A stretch of 64,000 nucleotides of DNA from assembly GCA_964513645.1 (NCBI GenBank), contig CAZENF010000002.1, forward strand, positions 73,409 through 137,408. The letters run 5' to 3'. This DNA comes from an uncultured Candidatus Saccharibacteria bacterium. GTDB lineage: Bacteria > Patescibacteriota > Minisyncoccia > 2-02-FULL-40-12 > GWA2-44-9. Below the pieces are notes generated by a model. That model was not told the origin of the DNA. It did not search any database and saw only the letters and a list, made by a program, of their open reading frames with translations. Position 1 is the first letter of the stretch. The number at the start of each line of letters is the position of its first letter. Positions 9,457-18,662 of this stretch are shown piece after piece. The position numbers were made by a program, and so were the translations under genes.

Positions 9457-9649
9457 TTTTGAAAATAAAACAGTCGTTATGACTGTTTTATTTTACAATG
9501 AATGGCAGAGTTGAACCGGAAAGGGGTCGGGAAAACACCAATGTTTTCCCGTGGCGGAAGAATTGAAACCGAGGGGTTTCAAAGACGGGAGTAAAATGCC
9601 GGCGAAGCAGGTCATTTTGTGGAGAATGTGAAACTCTGCCCATCTCCAC
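9457..9649 (+). mobile_element. Mini-element at tmRNA 3' end (antisense plus direct copy of target)
   Basis: AACTCTGCCCATCTCCAC (9439-9456) is repeated at 9632-9649. GGCAGAGTTGAACCG (9504-9518) is the reverse complement of 9433-9447. Several hairpins lie between. Confidence 0.75.
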
Positions 9650-9653
9650 AATA

Positions 9654-9689
9654 AACTAAAACTCCTCTTAAAAGAGGGGTTTTAGTTTT
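9654..9689. terminator. Intrinsic terminator-like hairpin
   Basis: AAACTAAAACTCCTCTT / AAGAGGGGTTTTAGTTT. Confidence 0.65.
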
Positions 9690-9739
9690 GTTGTATTCGT
9701 GGTATACGATATTCAGGTACTTGAAACAGGAAACGGACT

Positions 9740-10030
9740 ATGGCCCTTCTGCCAGAAGTTGTTAATCTTACTCCTTCGAGGAAGAAATTACTTGAACAGT
9801 TGCATGATGGCCGGTGGCATCACAAATTCCCCGGAATAGGAATCAGGACCTTCGACCTGATGAGTATCCTGGATTTTATAGATGTAAAATTTTCATCCAA
9901 GAACCCTGATAAAACCAATAACTGGAAAGTTAAAGCAAGGATTACTCAAAAAGGCAGGTTCCTGCTCAAGAACAAAAAAGCCACGATAGTATACGGGAGA
10001 GATGTCGCAATCAGAGAAATGGGCGTTTAA
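9740..10030 (+). CDS. Hypothetical basic protein (possible winged helix)
   Basis: 96-aa ORF with AGGA upstream. C-terminal ARITQKGRFLL resembles a wHTH wing. Confidence 0.55.
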   Translation: MALLPEVVNLTPSRKKLLEQLHDGRWHHKFPGIGIRTFDLMSILDFIDVKFSSKNPDKTNNWKVKARITQKGRFLLKNKKATIVYGRDVAIREMGV

Positions 10031-10051
10031 ACAGGCGCTTTGCCTGTTTTT

Positions 10052-10774
10052 TTATTTAAAATATTTCTCCCAGAAATCTGGGCATTTAATTTTGAGTTTT
10101 ATAACTTCGTCTGTAGTTGCAGTTCGGAATTCTATTTCCGTCGCGCAAAGCGCGACGGAGTTGTCTTGAGTTTTTTCTTTACTGCCGTATTTTGAATCCC
10201 CGACTAAGGGATGCCCGGTGTGCGAAAATTGCGCTCTTATCTGATGGAATCTGCCGGTTATAAGTTTTATTTTCAGTAGAGAATAATTTTTATTTGATCT
10301 CACGACCTCGTATTCAAGTTCCGACATTTCATAATTTTCTTTGGCCGAATCCGAAACCGATGCCTTTCGGATGTTCTCATTCTTTGCCAGATAATGAATA
10401 AGTTTTCCTTTTTTCGACTCTAACTCTCCTTCGGCAACGGCATAATATATTTTTTGTATTTCGTTATCTCTGAATTGTTCAGATAATCTTGAAGCACCTT
10501 TTGAAGTTTTACCGAAAAGCACTATACCTGATACGTTCCGGTCGAGACGATGAACAAGGCCGAGAAACACGTTCCCGGGCTTTTTATATTTTTGTTTAAG
10601 ATATTCCTTAACCTTGTCGAGCAGACTCTTATCCCCGGTTTTGTCTCCCCCGTCTGCTCGCCTCGCTGAGGCTTCGCCGGATCGAGACAACGAGGCAGGC
10701 TGAACAAGTAAACCAGCCGGCTTATACACCGCAATTATGTGGTTATCTTCGTAGAGTATATTTAATTTAGACAT
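10052..10774 (-). CDS. RluA-family pseudouridine synthase
   Basis: ILYED, KPAGLLVQ, HRLDRNVSG (catalytic Asp), TGRFHQIR and GDSKYG. Confidence 0.95.
   Translation of the reverse strand: MSKLNILYEDNHIIAVYKPAGLLVQPASLSRSGEASARRADGGDKTGDKSLLDKVKEYLKQKYKKPGNVFLGLVHRLDRNVSGIVLFGKTSKGASRLSEQFRDNEIQKIYYAVAEGELESKKGKLIHYLAKNENIRKASVSDSAKENYEMSELEYEVVRSNKNYSLLKIKLITGRFHQIRAQFSHTGHPLVGDSKYGSKEKTQDNSVALCATEIEFRTATTDEVIKLKIKCPDFWEKYFK
10649..10699 (-). repeat. 51-nt in-frame palindromic insertion (PASLSRSGEASARRADG)
   Basis: Interrupts LLVQ|GDKTGD and matches the argS insertion at 12 of 17 residues. Confidence 0.85.
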
Positions 10775-12465
10775 TAGGATGGCGTCGAAGAGATAGTAGC
10801 TTGTTTTGCACGGTCTTTCAATATTTTCCAGACACCAAGACCGACAAGCAAAAACATTCCGCCGATAATATACGGCCAGTGGGAGTACGCCTGTTCCAGG
10901 AAAGATTTTTGATTGACTCTTACTTCTTCCGGTTTGGCAACTTTTTTATAAACTCCGTCGTCGTTTTGGTAAACTATTGTTTTGTAATCTCCTGCTGGGA
11001 GATCAGAAACATCGGCTTGGTGAACGCCCGGCCCAACATTTATTGTCTTAACTAATTTGTTATTGCTATCGAAAATATCCACTCGATAGCCGCCCGAGGG
11101 CTCGCCACCTAAAGGCGCTGACCATTCCACTTGCGGATTTGAACCGTTATCAGAAGGTGGGGAAGGGTTTTTGGACACCTGGGGCTGTGAAGTCAAATTG
11201 GGTTGAGATGTTGCTTGAGGCGGAACTGAAGAGGTGGCTTGGGGAGAATTTGTTGTAGTGGGTATAGGTGTCGGCCGGCTTGAAGGTGCGGGGGTTGGCT
11301 GGGTATTTAAAGTACTGAAGCTTGCGGTTGCAATGACCTCATTTCCATAAACATCGACTGACCTGACGGTGGCCAAATAATTGTTCCCGGCGCTTAAAAC
11401 AGGGTCAGTCGCCAAATAATGCTCAAGTTCTATTGTTGGATCAGAAGCAGCGGTAACAGTAATATGGTTGACCGGAAAACTTATAACCAGGTATGAATTT
11501 GCCGGCTCATTGGTCGTCCAGGTCAAACCCGCAGAATTATTTGTAATATCGACCGCTCTTAAATTAGAGATGGCCGGGAAAACACCTGAGGGCGGAGGAG
11601 TGGGCGCCGGTGTCTGTGCCTGGCCGGAAGTAAATGTGCCCGAAGACTGGCTTTCATTTCCCCAAGAATCTTTCAGGGTCATGATATATTGGTACTCAAA
11701 TCCTTCAGAAACCGGAATAGTGATGCTACAAACATCTATCCCTGGAGAACAGAGTTTATAATCGCCGGTAAAAGATGTGCCTTCGCCGTAACCACCGCCT
11801 AAGGGCCCATATTCAATTTTATAATCTACGGGCTCATTCGCATTAAAATCAACCCGCATCTGGTCTTGAGCAATAACCGTCCAGGCAATATTCGATACGA
11901 TCGGGGCAGAGTGTTCTATCGTTTCATAAAGCCCGTATTTAAAACTAAACTCTTTCTCAACTCCGTTAATTTCAGCTGCACCGTTAAGATAGTTCGAGAC
12001 ATACGGTTCATTGTGGCCCAGCATTCTCGTTCTGTCGCCATAATAGATCTGCAGTTCAGGTAAAGAACTGCTTATCTGGATCTTATATTTATTGCTGGCA
12101 ATTACCGGGATCTGACTGATAGCCACGTGGACTCTTTCCCCTCCCGCGACCGGATTGATGTGGGCAATATTTATCGTTTTGGAAACAAGGGTGTTACTGT
12201 TGTCATCCAAAAGTTCAAAAGTTGCCGGACCGGAACTGCCGGCGTTGTCGAACCAAAAATCAAAGCCACCCAAAAATTCATTGGCCGGCAAAAAATCTTC
12301 CGCAATCGTGCCAGAAGAAGACACGTTCAGAGATTGGGTCAGAAAATAGTCCGGATTAAACTCAAAATATTCGTTCGGCTGGAGATTATCGTCCGCCGAA
12401 GCAAGAGCCGGAGCAACAACAAAAACTATCGTTAAAGCCATTGCTCCGAGATTCTTTTTAATCAT
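10774..12465 (-). CDS. Membrane-anchored surface protein with FN3-like domains and P/T/S linkers
   Basis: Signal peptide, a WTTNEPANS FN3-like repeat, PT-rich linkers and a C-terminal TM helix. Confidence 0.8.
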   Translation of the reverse strand: MIKKNLGAMALTIVFVVAPALASADDNLQPNEYFEFNPDYFLTQSLNVSSSGTIAEDFLPANEFLGGFDFWFDNAGSSGPATFELLDDNSNTLVSKTINIAHINPVAGGERVHVAISQIPVIASNKYKIQISSSLPELQIYYGDRTRMLGHNEPYVSNYLNGAAEINGVEKEFSFKYGLYETIEHSAPIVSNIAWTVIAQDQMRVDFNANEPVDYKIEYGPLGGGYGEGTSFTGDYKLCSPGIDVCSITIPVSEGFEYQYIMTLKDSWGNESQSSGTFTSGQAQTPAPTPPPSGVFPAISNLRAVDITNNSAGLTWTTNEPANSYLVISFPVNHITVTAASDPTIELEHYLATDPVLSAGNNYLATVRSVDVYGNEVIATASFSTLNTQPTPAPSSRPTPIPTTTNSPQATSSVPPQATSQPNLTSQPQVSKNPSPPSDNGSNPQVEWSAPLGGEPSGGYRVDIFDSNNKLVKTINVGPGVHQADVSDLPAGDYKTIVYQNDDGVYKKVAKPEEVRVNQKSFLEQAYSHWPYIIGGMFLLVGLGVWKILKDRAKQATISSTPS

Positions 12466-12486
12466 TGATTAATTATACCATTTTTA

Positions 12487-12518
12487 ACTAAAAACGCCCC
12501 GAAGGGCGTTTTTAGTTA
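12487..12518. terminator. Terminator after pilin copy 1
   Basis: AACTAAAAACGCCC-CGAA-GGGCGTTTTTAGTT. Confidence 0.8.
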
Positions 12519-12526
12519 AAACATTA

Positions 12527-12979
12527 TTAACGAGTAACAGATATAGGCGTGGTGATCTCGGCTCCAGGAGCGTCGACAGTTATTCTGCCTCCGCCTGCCG
12601 CTTGCATTATCCTGTATCCGGTATCGGCCGCCGTTCCTGTTGAGGGGTCCATGACCATGGTTGAAACATAGGTCGGGACGATGCATGAAGCAAGGTCAAT
12701 GTTGCCGGCTCCTGAACCGACTGCGGTCAAGGCAGCAGGCAATGTGACGGTTACAGCACCGCAGGTTGAACTCCAGACTCCTTTGTTATCAACCATTCTT
12801 TGCCAAACACCATTTAAAATAGTGTTGACGTTGGAAACTCTCTGGGTATCGCGGGCTTGGGCAAACTGTCTGGCCGGGTTCAAAGCAACGATAACCACGG
12901 CTGCCAAGATGGCGATAATACCGATAACGACCAAAATTTCTATAAGGGTGAATCCTGACTGTTTATTGTAATTTTTCAT
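12527..12979 (-). CDS. Type IV major pilin, copy 1
   Basis: G|FTLIEILVVI prepilin cleavage motif with Glu5 and two Cys. Confidence 0.92.
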   Translation of the reverse strand: MKNYNKQSGFTLIEILVVIGIIAILAAVVIVALNPARQFAQARDTQRVSNVNTILNGVWQRMVDNKGVWSSTCGAVTVTLPAALTAVGSGAGNIDLASCIVPTYVSTMVMDPSTGTAADTGYRIMQAAGGGRITVDAPGAEITTPISVTR

Positions 12980-13103
12980 TTGCGAAATGATTTAAAATGA
13001 TTTTGTTTAAAGACACTATCCGCTCAAGCGCTTTCGAGCAGATAATCGACCTCCAGTAGTAATTGTAACACCGAAAAATCATATAACTAAGATCGTTATC
13101 AAC

Positions 13104-13139
13104 AAAACTAAAACGTCCCAATCGGGGCGTTTTAGTTTT
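13104..13139. terminator. Terminator after pilin copy 2
   Basis: AAAACTAAAACGTCCC / GGGGCGTTTTAGTTTT. Confidence 0.75.
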
Positions 13140-13151
13140 ATAAGAGAGATA

Positions 13152-13604
13152 TTACCTGGTAACAGTTATCGGGGTGGTAATTTCAGCACTCGGTGCATCA
13201 ACGGTAATTCTACCGCCTCCGGCCGCTTGCATAATACGGTAGCCGGTGTTAGCCGCCGTTCCTGTTGAGGGGTCCATGACCATGGTTGAAACATAGGTCG
13301 GGACGATGCATGAAGCAAGGTCAATGTTGCCGGCTCCTGAACCGACTGCGGTCAAGGCAGCAGGCAATGTGACGGTTACAGCACCGCAGGTTGAACTCCA
13401 GACTCCTTTGTTATCAACCATTCTTTGCCAAACACCATTTAAAATAGTGTTGACGTTGGAAACTCTCTGGGTATCGCGGGCTTGGGCAAACTGTCTGGCC
13501 GGGTTCAAAGCAACGATAACCACGGCTGCCAAGATGGCGATAATACCGATAACGACCAAAATTTCTATAAGGGTGAATCCTGACTGTTTATTGTAATTTT
13601 TCAT
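13152..13604 (-). CDS. Type IV major pilin, copy 2
   Basis: Same prepilin motif; three amino-acid differences from copy 1. Confidence 0.92.
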   Translation of the reverse strand: MKNYNKQSGFTLIEILVVIGIIAILAAVVIVALNPARQFAQARDTQRVSNVNTILNGVWQRMVDNKGVWSSTCGAVTVTLPAALTAVGSGAGNIDLASCIVPTYVSTMVMDPSTGTAANTGYRIMQAAGGGRITVDAPSAEITTPITVTR

Positions 13605-13730
13605 TTGCGAAATGATTTAAAATGATTTTGTTTAAAGACACTATCCGCTCAAGCGCTTTCGAGCAGATAATCGACCTCCAGTAGTAATTGTAACAAATAC
13701 TCGAAAACTAATTATCCACACCGATTGGGT

Positions 13731-15167
13731 CTACTTTACCTCGCTCCAGAATATCTCTTGATAATAATCGGAAGTCAATGGAAAGCTTGGCGGTGGCCCG
13801 TAGAGAAGATTACTATCATATATCAAATTTCTGTTGGTATATCCGGTATTATCAGTATAAGCGAAGCCATATCTTTGGTACGAACCTATCATGCCATAAG
13901 AAGTTATAGTATTTCTGACGTAACTCGCGCCACAGGATGAAGAATAGTAATAACGCCCGACCCGGCCGTTTTGAGCGATCAGAGCCGCATCCGCCCGTAA
14001 AATATCATCGCTGTTCAAACCGATGTTTATATTATTCTGGGCAATCAAACTGATAATATCCTTGCCGTCATAATTGGTATACAAGAGATTGGTATTTATC
14101 GTGATGCTTGTTCTGGTGGCAGGATTGTCCGGAAATTTTCCCGAAGCAATGGTCACGCGTGAATTATTTATTTGTCCCCTGACCCAGACATTGTCTTCGA
14201 CAAATATTAAACCATTCGCCGGTATCGGATGATTGCCGAGCAGGGTTTCTGTTGAAATGCTCCATGTCCCCCAGCCTGACTGGCCTAAACTGTCACTGCA
14301 ACCACCGGGAGCGTTTGTTAATTTAGTTACTTTATAGATATCGAAGGTATTATTTGTTTTAAGAACAATATCGTATCCATTCGAACCGGACGGGGCAAAA
14401 TACTGGCCACTGGCCTGCGCACTTATTTTAATTTGAGAAAGAGAGGAGGTTATGCCCGTAAAATCAACGGCCGGTACCGGGAACTGTCTTCCGGCTATAA
14501 AAACATCTGGACGATTGGGCACAGCTGCCGGAGGTAGTGGGTCAACTGGATTCACATGCGTATGGACCCCGAACTCATTTCCGCCGGCATGGTCAGGGTC
14601 GTCATAACTGACCACGGCGCTGGTAACAATATTGTGCGCTATCCCGTCAAATCTGATCCCTCCGTTCGAATGTATCTCTCCGAATACTTCTGTACCCGAA
14701 CCGAACCTGACATTGTCGTTCAACACGGCCGCATATTTGGCAAATGAAGGTTTGGCCAACTTGACCAAAATGGTCTTTGAAAGACCGGCGATGCCGCTGA
14801 TACTGCCAGTCGATTTAACAGTTACGACCGTGGAACCGATCGGCGGTGCGGTTATGTCGAGCTGGAACTGGCCGAGAAGATTGCCGGATTTATCATAAAA
14901 ATTGTGAGTATAGGGTCCCGCATGATTAGTACCGTCTTTGAAATCGAGGGGTGCATGAGCAAGATGCCAGCGGTAATATTCGATACCGGCCTCGGCGATC
15001 CTGAATGCTTGGTCCCGCTGGACATTGCGGCTCGCCGCATTGAAATTGGAACCGACCCAAAGCACAAGCCCGGAAAGTATTATCATCGCAACGAAAGCAA
15101 AAAGCAGAACCGCGATGGTCAGTTGGCCCGATTGTGGCCTGAACTTATTTTTTATCTCATTGGACAT
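13731..15167 (-). CDS. PilX-like minor pilin / pilus assembly protein
   Basis: SG|QLTIAVLL N-terminal helix lacking Glu5 and AFRIAEAGIE PilX-type motif; within the pilus operon. Confidence 0.75.
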   Translation of the reverse strand: MSNEIKNKFRPQSGQLTIAVLLFAFVAMIILSGLVLWVGSNFNAASRNVQRDQAFRIAEAGIEYYRWHLAHAPLDFKDGTNHAGPYTHNFYDKSGNLLGQFQLDITAPPIGSTVVTVKSTGSISGIAGLSKTILVKLAKPSFAKYAAVLNDNVRFGSGTEVFGEIHSNGGIRFDGIAHNIVTSAVVSYDDPDHAGGNEFGVHTHVNPVDPLPPAAVPNRPDVFIAGRQFPVPAVDFTGITSSLSQIKISAQASGQYFAPSGSNGYDIVLKTNNTFDIYKVTKLTNAPGGCSDSLGQSGWGTWSISTETLLGNHPIPANGLIFVEDNVWVRGQINNSRVTIASGKFPDNPATRTSITINTNLLYTNYDGKDIISLIAQNNINIGLNSDDILRADAALIAQNGRVGRYYYSSSCGASYVRNTITSYGMIGSYQRYGFAYTDNTGYTNRNLIYDSNLLYGPPPSFPLTSDYYQEIFWSEVK

Positions 15168-15816
15168 TTCGCAGATTTCTTATTAATACGGTGTTCGAAT
15201 AATCAGTACGGCTTTTTGTGTCTCCCGGAGTAGGGTCGACTGTGACAGTTATCTTCACCAGGCGGATCTGGTTAACATTGATCGGCGAAGGCATCGCTGT
15301 CTGCGTTCCGGTATAATTCGGGTCATAGTAAGTAAACAGGGACTGGCTTGCGACCGGCGCCAAAATTACATTATGAACAACATCTGTAAGTACTTCGTTC
15401 GCCGGATTATAGACCGCGGGATTTCCGGTCGGCTTGGTCAATCCTCTGGTCAAAGTTGTGCCTGAAACATAATATCTTACCCTCGAAAAAACACCGCTCC
15501 CGTCAACATCGCTGTAAAAAGTAAATGATTTTGATGAGGCCGACTCGATCGTATAGCTTCCGTTGGCGGAGGGCCCCATTCCTCTCATTTCAATTCCCAT
15601 ATTGCTCAAAGTTAAGCTGACCTCTTGCTGTTCGACAAATGACTGTCCTAAGAATATCTGAAGATTAAAAACGTTATAGCCGAAATAGCTGATAACAAAG
15701 ATCAGACCTGAGAGAATTGCCATCACAATAAGTATCTCAAGCAAAGTAAAACCCCGGCTTATAAATATTCTTGACCTGAAAAATTTAAAAATTTTTAAAT
15801 TAATTTTTTCTGTCAT
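15157..15816 (-). CDS. Prepilin-type minor pilin (PilW-like)
   Basis: RG|FTLLEILIV. Start 15816 is coupled to the upstream stop (TAATG). Confidence 0.85.
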   Translation of the reverse strand: MTEKINLKIFKFFRSRIFISRGFTLLEILIVMAILSGLIFVISYFGYNVFNLQIFLGQSFVEQQEVSLTLSNMGIEMRGMGPSANGSYTIESASSKSFTFYSDVDGSGVFSRVRYYVSGTTLTRGLTKPTGNPAVYNPANEVLTDVVHNVILAPVASQSLFTYYDPNYTGTQTAMPSPINVNQIRLVKITVTVDPTPGDTKSRTDYSNTVLIRNLRNVQ

Positions 15817-17579
15817 TAAGGTGAAAGTGTTGCTCTGTATTCCTGCCAACCGTTAGAAATGGTTACGGGTACAGACATGTCCTGATATCCTGACTTGTGA
15901 AGAGTTAGGGTGTAATTGCCGTTGCTTAAGCCGTTGAAAAATGTCTGGCCATTAGGCAGACAAGTTGAACTGAAATTAACTGTTAGGTCGCTGATAGACG
16001 GCGTAATCGCTTGGTTATCGGTTCTAAGAATAACTTGGTATCGAAGATACCTGTTTCCATTATGAATCGCGTTCATCTGGACATCGCTGACCGTGTAGTA
16101 TGTAGAAGCGGTCCCGTCAGGCCCGACGAAATTCCAGGTTGCATTGTCATTATTTGTTGCGAGCTGGATCTTCAAGCTTGTCTGGGCAGGTTGAGAGAAG
16201 GTAAAAGATAAATTATAAAAATTCGTACTGGAAGTGCCGAAATCTATCGTGTTGGAGTTCAGCCATTCATCGCTTGAAGACGCATATTTGCCGTTTATAA
16301 GCTTGAGCGTTAACTGACCGACCGGACTATCGGCTTCGAGGTTAGTACTCTTGGCACTGTATTTACCGGCTGACCAGTCCGTATCAGTAGTCAAGTTCCG
16401 TCCGGTATATTTCTGGCTTGAAAATCCGCTTTTAGCCAAGGTGGCCGAAACGTCATTTATCCTTTGTCCGGAAGCGTCTTGAGCAGTAACCGAAAGAGAA
16501 GATTGGTTTTTAGGTTCCAGCATCCAGGCAACACTGAAATTACTGTTGGGATTGACAGTGAACGGCGACAAGAAAGAGGTCCCAGCTAAGTCGTAGTTTG
16601 CATCGGTATTCTGCAAAGTATAATTATCCCACTCGAGGTTTGTAGATCTATTTCCACTGACATCCGTCGTGTCACTGACTGAATACTTGAGAACGTTGGG
16701 TCCGGAACCGATCAATTTTGCCCCCTGTTCGGTGAAGTGAATAGCCGGTACAGCCTGACAGAATTTATTTTTGGTCGTAAGTGTCTGGGTGCTTAGTCGG
16801 TCAATGGCGAGAGTTAACAGTGTAACCTGATGACTGACGACTGTTGCATGCGGTTTCACCGGATTAGGGTTTGGCGGATCACCCGGTTTATAAGTCTTGT
16901 CTGTTGAATAGCCGGCCTTAGTGATGGTCACCTGATAGTTAAGAGAACTCGTGGCGATATCAACCAGCTGGAGCTGGCCATTGTTATTCGTAACGTCAGT
17001 AATGTTTATCGCCGGATTAACTGCATTGTTTACGACAGTCACGTTGGCTTGTGCTATCGGGTTGCCTGAAGCATCGATCGCATTCACAAAAAGATCGCCG
17101 TTTTTGGATGAACCTTCAAGATTGGCCGGACCGACATAAGTCGTAGTCGTTATGGGTTTAAAATTCGGACAGTTCTGACAAGTTAACGTAAGCTCAACTA
17201 ATTTGTAGTCGGCCGGAGCAATATCGTTCGGGACTCCGCCCAAAACTCCGTCGAAAGGATCGTCTATATTCCTGACCGTAGTATTTAAAACGAACTTAAA
17301 ACCGGATGTATTTATATTTTGCTGACCTGGAATTATTCCTGCCGGCGCTCCTCCTTGAATACCGATATCCTGATACTTGATGTTTCTTATAACTTCGAGC
17401 TGATTAGAAATAACCGTCAGACCGGTCGCACTCAACTGGGAAGCAACAGTAATATCTATTACACTTTGATAAGCCGAGTATATCGCCGAGGATACGATCG
17501 CAAATATTGCAATCGCAACCAGAGCCTCGACGAGGGTAAATCCTTTCTGACCATTTTTAATATTTAAATATTTGAACAT
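15816..17579 (-). CDS. Large prepilin-type protein (PilV-like N-terminus plus beta-sandwich domains)
   Basis: KG|FTLVEALVA, followed by carboxypeptidase-regulatory-like repeats (DASGNPIAQANV, YTLTLHKSGY). Confidence 0.82.
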   Translation of the reverse strand: MFKYLNIKNGQKGFTLVEALVAIAIFAIVSSAIYSAYQSVIDITVASQLSATGLTVISNQLEVIRNIKYQDIGIQGGAPAGIIPGQQNINTSGFKFVLNTTVRNIDDPFDGVLGGVPNDIAPADYKLVELTLTCQNCPNFKPITTTTYVGPANLEGSSKNGDLFVNAIDASGNPIAQANVTVVNNAVNPAINITDVTNNNGQLQLVDIATSSLNYQVTITKAGYSTDKTYKPGDPPNPNPVKPHATVVSHQVTLLTLAIDRLSTQTLTTKNKFCQAVPAIHFTEQGAKLIGSGPNVLKYSVSDTTDVSGNRSTNLEWDNYTLQNTDANYDLAGTSFLSPFTVNPNSNFSVAWMLEPKNQSSLSVTAQDASGQRINDVSATLAKSGFSSQKYTGRNLTTDTDWSAGKYSAKSTNLEADSPVGQLTLKLINGKYASSSDEWLNSNTIDFGTSSTNFYNLSFTFSQPAQTSLKIQLATNNDNATWNFVGPDGTASTYYTVSDVQMNAIHNGNRYLRYQVILRTDNQAITPSISDLTVNFSSTCLPNGQTFFNGLSNGNYTLTLHKSGYQDMSVPVTISNGWQEYRATLSP

Positions 17580-17588
17580 TTAAATATG

Positions 17589-18659
17589 CTACCGTCCGAG
17601 AGTTTGAGTTATCTTGTATATCGGAGTAATAATGGCTAAAGCCACGAAAGCAACGATCATGCCCATCACCAGCAAAAGCAGTGGTTCCAGAACGTTCGAA
17701 ATAGATTTAGTGGTCTCATCGAGTTCTGATTCATAATAATCAGCCAGAAAGAGTATCGACTCGTCCAATTTGCCGGTATTTTCACCGACCAGTATCATCT
17801 GGGAAAATATCGGCGGAAAAAGTTTCGGGTTCTGGGTAAAATATTTCGACATTGGGTCTCCCTTTCTGACCCCTTCCGATATTTTCAGCAGTTCTCTTCT
17901 ATAAACCAGATTGGACAAGGTACTGGCTGTTATTTCAAGAGACTCGACTATTTTAATTCCTGATTTAAGGAGTAGACCGATAGTTCTTGAGAAGCTGATA
18001 ATATTTACTGACCGCACCATGTCTCCGATTAAGGGAATGGATATAAGTATTACATGCCAGACATACCTTATCTTCTCAACCCTTAAGAGAAGCCAGAAGG
18101 CGACAAGCATGGCAACTATACCGACTCCAACCAGGTAGCCGTAATGGATAAGAAATTGTGAAATTGCAATGAAGGCCAGAGTAGTTACCGGCAGGTCAAC
18201 ATGCAAGCTGGTCAGAACCGGTAATATCTTCGGAAAAATTACAAAGATCATTACCGAGGTGATCCCGACCGTGGCCACAAAAATAACTACCGGATAAGCC
18301 ATTGCCCCTTTTATCTTCTTCTGGAGCTCGTCTCTTTTTTTTAATTCCTCATATAAATATTTAAGGTTCTCGCTTAAGGTTCCCGAGGCTTCCCCTACTC
18401 GGATAAGATTGATGAAAAAATCTCCGAAAACATTCCGGTAGCGTTCAAGGCCGGCTGAAAGAAAGTGCCCGTTCTTAATATCAAGTATCAGCTGGTCAAG
18501 AATTTTGATAAAAGTCCTGGAGCGTGATTGTTTTTTTAATATCTCTAAGCTTTGAAGTATCTGCATGCCCGAACGCATCATCACCTCAAGATTCCTGGCA
18601 AAAAGCATTTTATCCTTATTCGAAAGCCGGAAAAAAAAATTTTTCAGATTAAATTTCAT
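17589..18659 (-). CDS. pilC: Type IV pilus platform protein PilC/GspF
   Basis: Two T2SSF repeats (GEASGTL, GENTGKL), AMAYP and LEPLL. Confidence 0.93.
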   Translation of the reverse strand: MKFNLKNFFFRLSNKDKMLFARNLEVMMRSGMQILQSLEILKKQSRSRTFIKILDQLILDIKNGHFLSAGLERYRNVFGDFFINLIRVGEASGTLSENLKYLYEELKKRDELQKKIKGAMAYPVVIFVATVGITSVMIFVIFPKILPVLTSLHVDLPVTTLAFIAISQFLIHYGYLVGVGIVAMLVAFWLLLRVEKIRYVWHVILISIPLIGDMVRSVNIISFSRTIGLLLKSGIKIVESLEITASTLSNLVYRRELLKISEGVRKGDPMSKYFTQNPKLFPPIFSQMILVGENTGKLDESILFLADYYESELDETTKSISNVLEPLLLLVMGMIVAFVALAIITPIYKITQTLGR

Positions 18660-18662
18660 ATT

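Larger units (their letters stand above)
12627..13695. repeat. Tandem direct repeat, about 444 bp (12627-13070 and 13252-13695; period 625)
   Basis: Identical by eye over the pilin 5' three-quarters and about 90 bp of upstream sequence. Confidence 0.85.

Noticed and set aside
12527-13604. Diversity-generating retroelement TR/VR pair
   Set aside because: Differences are mostly synonymous and not adenine-specific, both copies are intact genes, and there is no reverse transcriptase in the window.
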